A program made the position numbers and the translations under genes. From the IMG/VR virus record IMGVR_UViG_3300037255_000025, positions 32,001 through 96,000 of that record: a DNA stretch of 64,000 nt. One strand, 5' to 3'. Positions 1 to 9,297 of this stretch are shown here, piece after piece (positions within the stretch are counted from its first letter, which is position 1; each line of letters starts with the position of its first letter). This DNA comes from a virus (taxonomy: Duplodnaviria > Caudoviricetes). The notes below the pieces were generated by a model. It had not been told where the DNA came from, searched no databases, and saw only the letters and a list, made by a program, of their open reading frames with translations.

Positions 1-34
1 ACGTCGCCAGCAAAGACGACTCCGGGGTGCACTG

Positions 35-616
35 ATGGCCAACGCGCTTCCCACCACGGCGACACCTCCTCGCGTGACGTTCCAGAATCTCGCCAACGGC
101 GTGACGATGAACGCTCAGTACAACCCAAGTACCTTCGAGGAGGACATCGGCGCCGTCTACCAGAAGATCAAGATCCAAGGGCTCAGCCACCAGGTGCTCC
201 AGTTCGAACACACCGAGAACTACACGGCCAAGTTCGACCTGACGTTCGACCAGTTCTCGACCAGCCTCGCGCGCGGCCTCTCGGACAACATCATGACGGC
301 GCGCAACAACATCCTGAGCTGGGTCTACCCGACCCGCGCGGGCTCGGGCTCCGTCGCGTCCGGCGGACCCGGCCGGATCATGTTCGTCTGGCCCCTGATG
401 GTCTCGCTCACGGGCGTCATCACGAAACTCACGTTCAAGAACAAGCGCTTCGCCTGGGGCGGCGTCGACCCCACGACCCAGACGGGCGCGCAGCAGAACA
501 CCGGCAGCCTGGTCGCGACGTGGTTCACGGTCTCGGTGACGCTCGAGGCGATCCGCGACACGCCGATCTACGCGGACCAGATCGCCGCGTCGGGCACGGT
601 TTGGTCCGGGACCTGA
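35..616 (+). CDS. CIS/phage tail tube-initiator-like protein
   Basis: QYNPSTFEE...GLSHQVLQF and 'IMFVWP...LTGVITKL' resemble CIS tube N-terminal family; precedes LysM-like and gpD-like genes. Confidence 0.65.
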   Translation: MANALPTTATPPRVTFQNLANGVTMNAQYNPSTFEEDIGAVYQKIKIQGLSHQVLQFEHTENYTAKFDLTFDQFSTSLARGLSDNIMTARNNILSWVYPTRAGSGSVASGGPGRIMFVWPLMVSLTGVITKLTFKNKRFAWGGVDPTTQTGAQQNTGSLVATWFTVSVTLEAIRDTPIYADQIAASGTVWSGT

Positions 617-630
617 GCTAGGATCGCCCC

Positions 631-984
631 ATGGCAGGCCCCACCTCACGGTACTCCCGGGACTACTTCTGCACCGGTCAGCTCGACGCCGATGGGCTTT
701 TTTTTCTGAGTGAGCGCGTCCCCTTCCGGTACCAGCCGTTCGACGACACGATCGAGCGCATCGCGGTCGCGGGGGACACGTGGTGGTCGCTCGCGTTCAT
801 GTACTACGGCGCGATCCCGAACGCGGCGAACCTGCTGTGGTACGTCATCGCGGACTTCCAACCCGTGCCGGTCGTGGACCCGACGATCGCAATCGTCCCG
901 GGCACGACCGTCTACGTGCCGAGCCTCCAGACGTTGCTGTCGGATATCTGCTCGGAACAGCGGCGCAAAGATTTCACGGCGTAG
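631..984 (+). CDS. LysM-like / tail X baseplate protein
   Basis: AGDTWWSLAFMYYG...LWYVIADF...PGTTVYVPS pattern; synteny. Confidence 0.75.
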   Translation: MAGPTSRYSRDYFCTGQLDADGLFFLSERVPFRYQPFDDTIERIAVAGDTWWSLAFMYYGAIPNAANLLWYVIADFQPVPVVDPTIAIVPGTTVYVPSLQTLLSDICSEQRRKDFTA

Positions 985-1144
985 TCTGAGAGTTGGGGCG
1001 CCGAAGTCCGGATCTCGTGTGAGATCCCGCGCGAAGCGACCAAGCGCGAAGCCAGGGGCATCGCGGCGCTCATCCGGTCCTTCGGCGAGTAGGCGACCAA
1101 CCGGGCCTAGTTCGAGGCCACCCCGGCCATGGTAGATTCCAGCC

Positions 1145-2377
1145 ATGGCGCTCGACCGGTCCAACCCCGTCATGTTCGTGCGGATCGGCCCCGCGGGCTC
1201 GCAGAGCTTCCAGCGTATCCCGGTCGCGATCCGGCTTGAGAGCCTCACGTTCGACGAAGAGGAGCGCAAGCAGGACGTCCTGAGCATCATGGTCGACAAC
1301 CACGACCTCGCCAACTTCGACACCCCGCTGTTTGCCGTGGGCAACGTCATCGAGGCCGTGTGGGGGTACCCCGGCGCGATGTCCCGGGTGCGCGAGTGCA
1401 CGATCACGAAGATCACCGGGTCGCTCAAGCTCAAGGTCGAGTGCAAGGGCGCGGCCCACGTGGTCAACCTGGTGCAGCAGTGCCGGATCTTCAACAACAT
1501 GAAGCGCTCCGACATCGCAGCCCAGATCGCGACTGAGGAGGGCTACAGCGGCGCGAACCAGATCATCCAGCCGACCAAGACGACGCTCGACCAGGTCCTC
1601 CAGGTCCGGATGACCAACGCGCAGTTCCTCCGCGACATGGCCCAGCGCGAGAACTACGGCTTCTACATCGACTCCTACGGCTTCCACTTCCACGCCCGGA
1701 AGCTGCTGAACGTCCCGACGCGAACGTTCGAGTATTTCGTGGGTCAAGGCAACGGCGACATCGAGAGCTTCAACGTCGAGGGCGACATCACGGCCAAGCC
1801 CGCGGTCGTGATCGCGTCGGGTCGGGACCCGCTGCTCAAGAGCAACTTCGCCGTCTACAGCGACAACCAGAACCAACCCGGACGCCCGACCAACGCCGCC
1901 CAGTCGATCTTCAAGGCCGCGGCGGTCGTGTCCGCCGCGGGCGCCGTCATGGTGGACCCAGCGGCCGCGGCCGACCAGGGCGCGACGACGAGGCGCGGGA
2001 CGACCCGGACGACCTCGGACGACGCCCAGACGAGCGTCAACGCGAGCCAAAGCACCGCCGAGCAGAAGGCCGTCAAGGTCACGCTCCACTGCGTCGGCGA
2101 TGCGCTGATCGAGGCCAAGCAGACCGTCACGCTCAAGGGGTTCGGCCAGACCCTCGACGGCAACTACTACGTCGCGGGCGCGAAGCACACCGTGGGCCCG
2201 GGGTACAAGATGGCGCTGAAGCTCCACCGGAGCGGTGTCGGGTCGTCGACGGGCCTGGGGGCCAACGCGGACCCGAGCGACGGCACGGACAACACCGGCA
2301 CGGGCCCGACGGCCGCGAGCCAGGTCCCGACGGTTCAGGTCAACCCGGACGGCAGCGTCTCCTGGGTGGGGGGCTGA
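1145..2377 (+). CDS. Baseplate hub / late control D-like protein
   Basis: SDIAAQIA, QVRMTNAQFLRDMAQRENYGFYI, LDGNYYVAGAKH; size and synteny. Confidence 0.8.
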   Translation: MALDRSNPVMFVRIGPAGSQSFQRIPVAIRLESLTFDEEERKQDVLSIMVDNHDLANFDTPLFAVGNVIEAVWGYPGAMSRVRECTITKITGSLKLKVECKGAAHVVNLVQQCRIFNNMKRSDIAAQIATEEGYSGANQIIQPTKTTLDQVLQVRMTNAQFLRDMAQRENYGFYIDSYGFHFHARKLLNVPTRTFEYFVGQGNGDIESFNVEGDITAKPAVVIASGRDPLLKSNFAVYSDNQNQPGRPTNAAQSIFKAAAVVSAAGAVMVDPAAAADQGATTRRGTTRTTSDDAQTSVNASQSTAEQKAVKVTLHCVGDALIEAKQTVTLKGFGQTLDGNYYVAGAKHTVGPGYKMALKLHRSGVGSSTGLGANADPSDGTDNTGTGPTAASQVPTVQVNPDGSVSWVGG

Positions 2378-2402
2378 GCGTGATCATCTCCCCTCCCTGC
2401 GC

Positions 2403-3572
2403 TCAGGAGAGCGCGAGGAAGGGGCTTCTCGGAACAGAAAGAGCCCCAGCGCTCTCCTGCCTCCGAAGGCGCTGTCCGCGCCGATCGATGTTGATTCCGG
2501 CGTTGACATCGCGATCCAGCACGAGCCCGCAATGCGGGCAGCGATGGACGCGCACGCCGAGGCCCTTCCGGACCACAGCGCCGCAGCCGGAGCATTCCTG
2601 GGAGGTACCGCGTGGATCCACGGCGGAAAACTCGCGGCCGGCGCACTCTGCCTTGCCGTCGGTGATCGTCGTGAACTGTGCCCACGCAGCGTCGAGAACT
2701 TGTTTCGCCAAACGCCCGCGCGCGAGGCCGATGACGTTGAGCTTCTCCACGGAGATCGAGTCGAAGTGATGCACCAGGTAGAGCGCCACCTTGTGGTGGA
2801 AGTCGAGCCGCACGCGACCCACGCGAGCGTGATGCTTGCGAAGCAGCACGACGGCCTTGCGGCGTCGCCGCGAGCCCTTCTTCCGCCGAGAGACGCGTTG
2901 CTGGGCAGCAGCGAGCCTCCGGTGAGCGGTCTCGTAGGGCCGCGGGTTGTCGATGCACTCGCCGGTCGAGAGCGCTGCGAAGGTCGTGATCCCCACGTCC
3001 ACGCCGACGCTCTTGCCCGTCGACGGCAGAGGCTTGGTCGGCACGTCCTGGCAGACGAACGCGATGTACCAGTGACCGTCGCCGTCGAGCGAAACGCTGG
3101 CCTGCTTGATCCGGCCCTGCATGGGTCGGTGGAGCTTGACCTTGACGTTGCCGATCCCCGTGAGCTTGACCCGCTTGCCGCCCGCGAGAAGCCGCACGCC
3201 GTTGTGGTTCGCGGCGTCCTTGAACGTGAACGTCGAGTAGCGGTCGCGGCCCTTGAAGCGAGGGAAACCGGGCTTCTCGCCGGCCTTGAACCGGCGAAAG
3301 AAGGCGCGCATGGCGCGGTCGAGCCGCGTGAGCGCGTCTTGCAAGAGGTGCGTGTGGATCGCGGCGTACTCGGGGCGGACCTCGCGGACCTCGCGCAGCT
3401 CGGCCATCTGATCGTAGGCCGAGAGCGTGACGCCTCGCTGGCGGTACGCCTTGATCCGCTCCTCGAGCGCCGCGTTGTAGAGCTCGCGCAGCCGGTAGGT
3501 CGTCTCACGCAGCGCAGCGTCCTGCGCTCGCGTCGGAGCGAGACGGTAGCGGTAGACACGAACCACGCGCAT
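2403..3572 (-). CDS. tnpB: TnpB RNA-guided endonuclease
   Basis: YRYRLAP HTH, GFPRFK, RuvC GVDVG / VEKL / DRDVNA, two CxxC; catalytic D-E-D intact. Confidence 0.95.
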   Translation of the reverse strand: MRVVRVYRYRLAPTRAQDAALRETTYRLRELYNAALEERIKAYRQRGVTLSAYDQMAELREVREVRPEYAAIHTHLLQDALTRLDRAMRAFFRRFKAGEKPGFPRFKGRDRYSTFTFKDAANHNGVRLLAGGKRVKLTGIGNVKVKLHRPMQGRIKQASVSLDGDGHWYIAFVCQDVPTKPLPSTGKSVGVDVGITTFAALSTGECIDNPRPYETAHRRLAAAQQRVSRRKKGSRRRRKAVVLLRKHHARVGRVRLDFHHKVALYLVHHFDSISVEKLNVIGLARGRLAKQVLDAAWAQFTTITDGKAECAGREFSAVDPRGTSQECSGCGAVVRKGLGVRVHRCPHCGLVLDRDVNAGINIDRRGQRLRRQESAGALSVPRSPFLALS

Positions 3573-3595
3573 AATGTACTTCGTTCGGACATCAC

Positions 3596-4003
3596 GTGCA
3601 AGCACTCCACCGCAACAACAACGCTGTTTTCCGGATCGTCTACCACTTGGTTCTCGTCTCCAAGTACCGGCGGGCCGTCCTCACCGGGCCGATGCTCGAT
3701 CGCTGCGCCGAGATCCTGCGGAGCCTGTGCGTCTCGTGGGAGGGCGAGCTCGTCGAGTGCAACGGCGAGGCGGACCACGTCCACATGCTCCTCGACATGC
3801 CGCCCAAGGTCCGCCCGAGCGACCTCACCAACAACGTCAAGACCGTCCTCTCGCGACGCCTCCGCTCCGAATTCCCGGCGCTCCGCGCGGCGTACCGCGG
3901 GAAGGCCGTCCTCTGGTCCCCGAGCTACTGCATCCTCTCCGCAGGAGGCGCGCCGATCGAGATCCTCAAGAGGTACGTCGAGAACCAGAAGAAACCGGAG
4001 TAG
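3596..4003 (+). CDS. tnpA: Y1 HUH transposase TnpA
   Basis: YHLVLVSKYRR, EADHVHML, LWSPSY, YVENQ. Confidence 0.95.
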   Translation: MQALHRNNNAVFRIVYHLVLVSKYRRAVLTGPMLDRCAEILRSLCVSWEGELVECNGEADHVHMLLDMPPKVRPSDLTNNVKTVLSRRLRSEFPALRAAYRGKAVLWSPSYCILSAGGAPIEILKRYVENQKKPE

Positions 4004-4074
4004 CGCCGCCGTGCTCGACCGGAACCTGGTGGACCCCCGCCTGCGGAGCGAGGCGGGGGCTTGCGGTTCTTGGG

Positions 4075-4698
4075 TCAGGTTGGACCGTCAAACGAGCGAC
4101 AGCGGTCGACGACGCCGGCAGAGGCTGCTCGCGTCGGGGCAGGTGCTGGGGCGAGCTTCGTCTCCGCCGGCAGCGGTCGCTCCCGCGCCGGGGAAGCGAC
4201 CGGCGCAACAGGCGGCGGCTCGTTGCTGCTCTTGCCGATGGCGTCTCGAATAGCGCGTGTCATCCCCGTCGCCCGCACTTCGCCGCACTTGCCGAAGTCG
4301 ACCAACTGTTCGAGCAACATCACGGTCCGAGCGCCGTGCTGCTCGATCTTCTCAAGATGCCGCTCGATCCGGTGCACCAGGTTGACCCGAGCGCCCGCCG
4401 GCCCGATGCGCAGCGTGTTCAAGATGACCCAAACGGGCCCGCGCTCGAGCCGGACCTCGGCGGCGTCCGTCGTCAGAGGCTCCGCCGGACCCGCCGCCGC
4501 GGCAGCAGCGCGTTCGGCACGGGCCGCCGCCTTCTTCTCGTTGGCGGCGTTCCGGCGCTCCAGCGCCGTCGGGGGCGCGGGCTTGGCGGGCTTCACCTTC
4601 ACGGGCGGCGGCGGGTGCTCACCCTCCTGCTCGGGCCAATACTGCACGGGGTTGCGGAAGCTCGCGTACCGGACGTAACTCGGGCTGCCGGTCAGCAC
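4075..4698 (-). CDS. hypothetical protein (Ala/Pro-rich)
   Basis: Plausible codon usage; stop codon abuts IS left end; start uncertain. Confidence 0.5.
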   Translation of the reverse strand: MLTGSPSYVRYASFRNPVQYWPEQEGEHPPPPVKVKPAKPAPPTALERRNAANEKKAAARAERAAAAAAGPAEPLTTDAAEVRLERGPVWVILNTLRIGPAGARVNLVHRIERHLEKIEQHGARTVMLLEQLVDFGKCGEVRATGMTRAIRDAIGKSSNEPPPVAPVASPARERPLPAETKLAPAPAPTRAASAGVVDRCRSFDGPT

Positions 4699-4728
4699 CG
4701 TGGTACCGTCACGCGCGACCCGGTAGTT

Positions 4729-4992
4729 CTACAGGCCGATTTTGAAATCGACAGCGTCCAAGAGGACGTGGCGTTCGACCAAAATGACCCGACGCAAGGG
4801 CGGTGCGGCCTGCTTGAGCGACGGGCGCGAGTAGTAGAGGTCGCCCACACTCGGGAGCGGGTTGTGCGCCCACGGGCGGTTCGTGGGCATGGTCTCGAGC
4901 GGCGCGGGTGGCTCGGCGGGCACCGGGACGTCGAGCGGTGTGGTCCCGAAGGGATGGGGATCCGGCGGCGGGTGATCGTTGGGAAAGGGCAT
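4729..4992 (-). CDS. hypothetical Pro-rich protein
   Basis: ATG with GGAGA SD and upstream GTAAGG motif. Confidence 0.5.
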   Translation of the reverse strand: MPFPNDHPPPDPHPFGTTPLDVPVPAEPPAPLETMPTNRPWAHNPLPSVGDLYYSRPSLKQAAPPLRRVILVERHVLLDAVDFKIGL

Positions 4993-5056
4993 CGTGTTGT
5001 CTCCTTCCGCGTCCCTTACCTTGCCCCGAGCGGCTTCGCGGGCGTACAGTGCCTGG

Positions 5057-5416
5057 GTGTCGGGCTCCCAACTTGAAGACCTCCGCGACGAGGTCCACTG
5101 CACCCGGTGGACGATCTACGCCCACACGAACCGTGCGAACGGTAAGCGTGTTCGGCGGCATCGCGGGAATCCTCGCGGGCGCCGCTGCCTCGAAAGGATC
5201 GACCCCATGACCATGCGACTGACGATCAAAAACGAAGACCCGAACCGCTCCGCCGCCACAACGCTGATCGACGTCGGCCCGTCCGGCGCGCGCATCAGCG
5301 AAGGCAAGGCCGAGGCGCCGGTCACCCTCGCGCCGGGCGAGAGCCGCGAGGTGTGGATCCACTCGGGCCGCGTCGTCCTCGTCGAGGAGCTGGACGCACC
5401 GAAGGAGGCCACGTAA
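5057..5416 (+). CDS. hypothetical protein; N-terminus duplicates spike gene start (alternative ATG 5207)
   Basis: GTG 6 nt after TACAGT; VSGSQLEDLRDEVH vs spike MSGSNLEDLRDEVH. Confidence 0.45.
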   Translation: MSGSQLEDLRDEVHCTRWTIYAHTNRANGKRVRRHRGNPRGRRCLERIDPMTMRLTIKNEDPNRSAATTLIDVGPSGARISEGKAEAPVTLAPGESREVWIHSGRVVLVEELDAPKEAT

Positions 5417-5660
5417 TTTCCCCTCGCTCGACTCACAGCTTCCTCTCCGTCGTCGGCGCCGTGGCCGTCGGCGCCTTCGCCATCGGCGGTGTCGTCGCGG
5501 GCGCCGCCCTGCCCCCGAAAGGACCGCTCTCGTGATCAACCCGTACCGCAACAACGAAGCGCGCGAGCGAAGGCCATCTGGGCCGGCATGACAGAAGAGC
5601 AGCGAGTGGACGCAATCAAGCGGCGCGTTGCGTCTCGTAAAGCCAACAAGGAAGCGAATA

Positions 5661-6299
5661 ATGAGCGGGTCTAACCTCGAAGATCTCCGCGACGAGGTCC
5701 ACAGGTATTATGGATTACAGAGGGGTGTCGTGACCTCGATCACGGACCCCAAGGGGTTGCACCGCGTGCAGGCCATCATCCCGGGCATCGTCGAGCCCAA
5801 CACGGACTGGCTCTACCCGCTGACGATGGGCGGCGGGTCGCCCCAGCGCGGGGGCCACGTCGTGCCCGCCGTAGGCTCGGACGTCGCGATCTGGTTCCAC
5901 CAGGGCGACCCCCAGGGCGCGGGCGCATACGCAGCGGCCCATTGGGGCCTGCCCACGGCCGGCACCGAGATCCCCGGGGACGTCAACGACGTCGGGACCC
6001 AGAACCCCGAGCTGGTCCAGTCGCTCGAGTTCCCCGACGCGACGGTCGCGAACGGCGGCTCCGGCGGAACGCTCCGCATCACCGTCGATGAGCGCCCGGG
6101 CTCGCGCTCGCTCCAGATTCTCGATCTCGACGCCAACAAGCAGGTCCAGAGCGTCATCCTGCTGGACCGCGAAAACCGCGCGATCATGCTCCAAGCGGTC
6201 AGCCAGATCATCCTGAAGTGCACCGGCGCGATCGTCCTGGACGCCCTTGAGGTCAACATCGGGGGCCGCCGGGTTCAGACTTCGAGCGCGATGATCTGA
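5661..6299 (+). CDS. Baseplate spike (gpV/Gp5 OB-fold)
   Basis: GVVTSITDPKGLHRVQAIIPG...VPAVGSDVAIWFHQGDP. Confidence 0.85.
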   Translation: MSGSNLEDLRDEVHRYYGLQRGVVTSITDPKGLHRVQAIIPGIVEPNTDWLYPLTMGGGSPQRGGHVVPAVGSDVAIWFHQGDPQGAGAYAAAHWGLPTAGTEIPGDVNDVGTQNPELVQSLEFPDATVANGGSGGTLRITVDERPGSRSLQILDLDANKQVQSVILLDRENRAIMLQAVSQIILKCTGAIVLDALEVNIGGRRVQTSSAMI

Positions 6300-6363
6300 T
6301 GCTCCGCGAGCGCCTCTCTTCTACCGCGGCGCGCCACCGGCGAGAAAGGAGAATCTAACCTAC

Positions 6364-7089
6364 ATGCTCGTACCTATCGTACCTTTGCTCTGTTTGCCGC
6401 CGCCACCGCACATCGACCTGTGCATTACAATGCCGGGAAACGTAACCATATGTGCGATGGACCTACTCAACGCGGCAGATCCCTACATCCTGATCCAGAC
6501 ACTGTTTCAGGGCCTGAATAGCGCGCTCGCGCCCCTAACGCCCATATTCGACATAATCGACGTGTGCGTGGCGCTCGTGCAGTGCATCCAGGCTATTCCA
6601 CAATGCCTCGCTCCTCCGGACCCGGAGCCGCTGATCAAGTGCATCCCGATCTTGGCCGCCGCCATCGCGAAGCTGGTTCAGCTCGTGCCGCAGCTCTCGG
6701 TGCCGATCATGATCTTGGAGATCATCAAGGCGCTGATCGTCGCCGTCACGGCGCTCATCACGCGGCTTGAGGTAATCATCCTCAAGAACGCGCAGCTCCT
6801 GGTCGCCGTGACCGCAGCGGCCCAACCGGGCAACATCGCGCTCAAGGCCGTCGTGGACTGCGCGACGGGCAACATCGCCATCGAGATCCACAACCTCAAC
6901 GCGTCGCTCGCGCCGCTCAACCGGTTGATCGGAATAATAAACGTCTTCGCGGCCTTCATCCCCGGGGTTCCGAACCCGCTGATCCCGAGTCTCGCGGACC
7001 TCGGGGCCGACGCGGCCGCCGCCATCGCGCCGCTTCAGAACGTCGTGGACATCCTCAGCGAAATTGTCAGCTTCCTCCCCGTTCCGTGA
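6364..7089 (+). CDS. hydrophobic helical tail/baseplate-associated protein
   Basis: Leu/Ile/Cys-rich helical ORF after spike; AAAGGAG upstream. Confidence 0.6.
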   Translation: MLVPIVPLLCLPPPPHIDLCITMPGNVTICAMDLLNAADPYILIQTLFQGLNSALAPLTPIFDIIDVCVALVQCIQAIPQCLAPPDPEPLIKCIPILAAAIAKLVQLVPQLSVPIMILEIIKALIVAVTALITRLEVIILKNAQLLVAVTAAAQPGNIALKAVVDCATGNIAIEIHNLNASLAPLNRLIGIINVFAAFIPGVPNPLIPSLADLGADAAAAIAPLQNVVDILSEIVSFLPVP

Positions 7090-7180
7090 CCTTACCCCGC
7101 GGTCGCGAGGCTCCACGCCATCCAGAGGAGGATCGCGCCGAACAGTCCAAACAGGAGCCGGTCGTCGAGGTCCCGCGGCT

Positions 7181-7606
7181 TCAAGGTTCACCCGCGGCGC
7201 CGCGGGTGGCGCGGCCCCTTACAGGCGGCCAACGCCAACCCGCGCCCTCGCGCAGTTCGTTCCTGCACCACGCGACCGCGAGCTTCGGCAAGAGCCAGTA
7301 GGGGTCTTGGTAGTGCCGTAATCTGTTACGGGCGTCGGCGCTGCGGTCGTCGGTCGCGCGGGCGATCCTGCATTCCGCGACACCGTCATTGGTTGGTGCG
7401 TGGTGCAGGCCGCGCTGTAGCTCGACACCCTCAACCCAGAAGTATCGGAACGCCCTGGAGTCCGCGGCGCGGTAGGGCGTTAGGAACCACTCCGGCAATT
7501 CAGGCAGGGGCTCGCCGCGGGGCACCCGGTACTGCGCCCACCAAAGCATCGCAGCCGCCCGGGCCGCCCGGTCGATCATCTTGGTCGACGCGATCGGCTT
7601 CACCAT
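7181..7606 (-). CDS. hypothetical protein
   Basis: Start overlaps upstream stop in reverse operon. Confidence 0.5.
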   Translation of the reverse strand: MVKPIASTKMIDRAARAAAMLWWAQYRVPRGEPLPELPEWFLTPYRAADSRAFRYFWVEGVELQRGLHHAPTNDGVAECRIARATDDRSADARNRLRHYQDPYWLLPKLAVAWCRNELREGAGWRWPPVRGRATRGAAGEP

Positions 7607-7974
7607 CAGTCGTCGTCCCCCTTGAGCCGGACGGCCGCGAACGCCGCCGCGGCCTCTCGAGTCAGCGCGAAGAGCCTCTCCTCTTCGCGCTCCGCTTCCA
7701 CCAGTAGCTCCGGCAACACACGCGCGGCGTCGATGCGCGTGTAGGCCGCACACGACTGAAGCAGGCTACGCACGGGGTCAAGACCGGGCTCCTGGTGCTC
7801 GACCGCCAGCGTCCAATCTTGGCCGATCTTTGTCCACCACAGCCGGCCGCCTTCGGGTAACGCCGCGCTCGCGCGAGCGTGGAACCGGGCCCGCATCCAC
7901 TCGATGGTCCCTTGGATCTCGAGGTTCAACGCGAAGAACGCGCCGTCCATCTCCTGCTTGGTCGGCTTTGCCAC
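7606..7974 (-). CDS. hypothetical protein
   Basis: Tightly coupled to RNA ligase gene. Confidence 0.6.
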   Translation of the reverse strand: MAKPTKQEMDGAFFALNLEIQGTIEWMRARFHARASAALPEGGRLWWTKIGQDWTLAVEHQEPGLDPVRSLLQSCAAYTRIDAARVLPELLVEAEREEERLFALTREAAAAFAAVRLKGDDD

Positions 7975-7975
7975 G

Positions 7976-8974
7976 CTAGACCTTCCACTTCTTCAGCAAG
8001 TAGGCCTCGCCGTGGTACTTCAAGATGACGCGGCCCATGTGCTCAGTACGCTCGTGCGCCGGACGCACGACGAAGCCTTCTCGCACGTGGGTTGGGTTCA
8101 ACAAGTCAGGCCCATCGGCGTGCGAGACCAACTCGCGCGACCAGGAACCCCGGTAGAGCACCGGCGCGGTCAGAAGACCGAGCTGGTCCGCAACCGCCGC
8201 GAAGTCGTCGTAGTCGAGGTAGCGGCGCTGTCGAAGGTCCATCGCATCGAAGAGCCGCAGACCGCGCTCGCTCGCGCTGGCGTCATATCGCATGCCGGTG
8301 ACGTTGCCGTACAGTTCACCGTAGACCCCGATGTGGCCCCCGAGCGCGCGAAGCTTTTGCTCAAGACCCAGGCGCTCGGCCGTGGTGGTCCAAGCCGTAC
8401 GAGCCGCCGGCGCCTTCCAACGCGTACGCGAACCGCAATACAGCCGCGCGTCGTCGACACAGTACCTCGCGTTTTCTCCGTGGATCTTCGTAACCAACAC
8501 GACGTCTTCACCATCTTGAAGCGCGTGAGGGTGCTGGCGCAGCCCGTCGATGTCGGTGTACGTCGGCATCAATCCTGGGTCGGCCTCGTTCTCGAGGCTC
8601 GAGGACGAAGACGCGTCGACAGCCTCCGCGCGCTCGATGCGCAGGTCCATCGAGACGTCTTGCCCGACAGCCCACGAGGGTTCGGCGCGCGTCAGGATCC
8701 CCATGGAGAAGATCCCGCGCAAGCGCTTGGCATCGATCTCCGTGTAGGGCTTGGTTGACCCCGGATTGGCCAGAAAAGACCATCGCGGGTCGTCCAACGG
8801 AACGGCGGCCCCGACCGGCACGTACACCGCGCGGTCGCCTTCGTGGAACTCGCCGGTTCTCAAAATGACCGGATAGCCACCTTCGCCCCCGACCGTCGTT
8901 AGACTCAGCGAGTCCGCGTTCGGGTGCTTCGTTACAGGGCCAAGCTCAACGACTCGTACATGAAACTCGCTCAT
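7976..8974 (-). CDS. ATP-dependent RNA ligase (DRB0094/Rnl5-like) with N-terminal OB domain
   Basis: KHPNADSL; motif I TKIHG, III YGE, IIIa LFDA, IV EGFVVRP, V LK. Confidence 0.88.
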   Translation of the reverse strand: MSEFHVRVVELGPVTKHPNADSLSLTTVGGEGGYPVILRTGEFHEGDRAVYVPVGAAVPLDDPRWSFLANPGSTKPYTEIDAKRLRGIFSMGILTRAEPSWAVGQDVSMDLRIERAEAVDASSSSSLENEADPGLMPTYTDIDGLRQHPHALQDGEDVVLVTKIHGENARYCVDDARLYCGSRTRWKAPAARTAWTTTAERLGLEQKLRALGGHIGVYGELYGNVTGMRYDASASERGLRLFDAMDLRQRRYLDYDDFAAVADQLGLLTAPVLYRGSWSRELVSHADGPDLLNPTHVREGFVVRPAHERTEHMGRVILKYHGEAYLLKKWKV

Positions 8975-9297
8975 GCAGACCCCTTACCTTCCGCAAGTAC
9001 GGTTTCCGGGTATTCCCACGGACCCACGGGAATCTGTGGGGCCCTCGGGAGCAACGAGACGCGCCGCACCTTTCCGCCGTAGCGAGCCAGAATCGCCGCG
9101 AGCGAACCCGCGGCGTCACGCTCGTCCGGCAGCAACACGATGCCGCTCGGCGTCACGACAACCTCGACTTTGACGGGCTCGACGGGCCGCAGAACCGAGC
9201 ACCCGCGGCGATACGGCAAAGCCTCCAAATGTGGGGGCGCGCAGTACAGCTTAGCCTTGGCCTTGGGCCTCGGCGGCTTGGACTTGGGCCTGCTCAT
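8971..9297 (-). CDS. hypothetical basic protein
   Basis: ATGA overlaps on both sides. Confidence 0.55.
   Translation of the reverse strand: MSRPKSKPPRPKAKAKLYCAPPHLEALPYRRGCSVLRPVEPVKVEVVVTPSGIVLLPDERDAAGSLAAILARYGGKVRRVSLLPRAPQIPVGPWEYPETVLAEGKGSA

Larger units (their letters stand above)
2380..4086 (-). mobile_element. IS200/IS605-family element (divergent tnpA/tnpB)
   Basis: Right-end hairpin then TCAC ending at 2380 on minus strand; left-end hairpin CCCCCGCCT..AGGCGGGGG at ~4034-4059; candidate target motif CTGAC (4074-4078) or TTGAC (4087-4091), so the left boundary is uncertain. Confidence 0.85.

Noticed and set aside
2403-3572. Nuclease-dead TnpB (TldR) regulator
   Set aside because: All three RuvC residues intact and tnpA plus IS ends present
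2235-4253. 672-aa ORF and similar long ORFs (e.g. 46485-48611, 27405-28826, 38565-39974)
   Set aside because: Antisense or off-frame shadows of real high-GC genes, Arg-rich with no motifs
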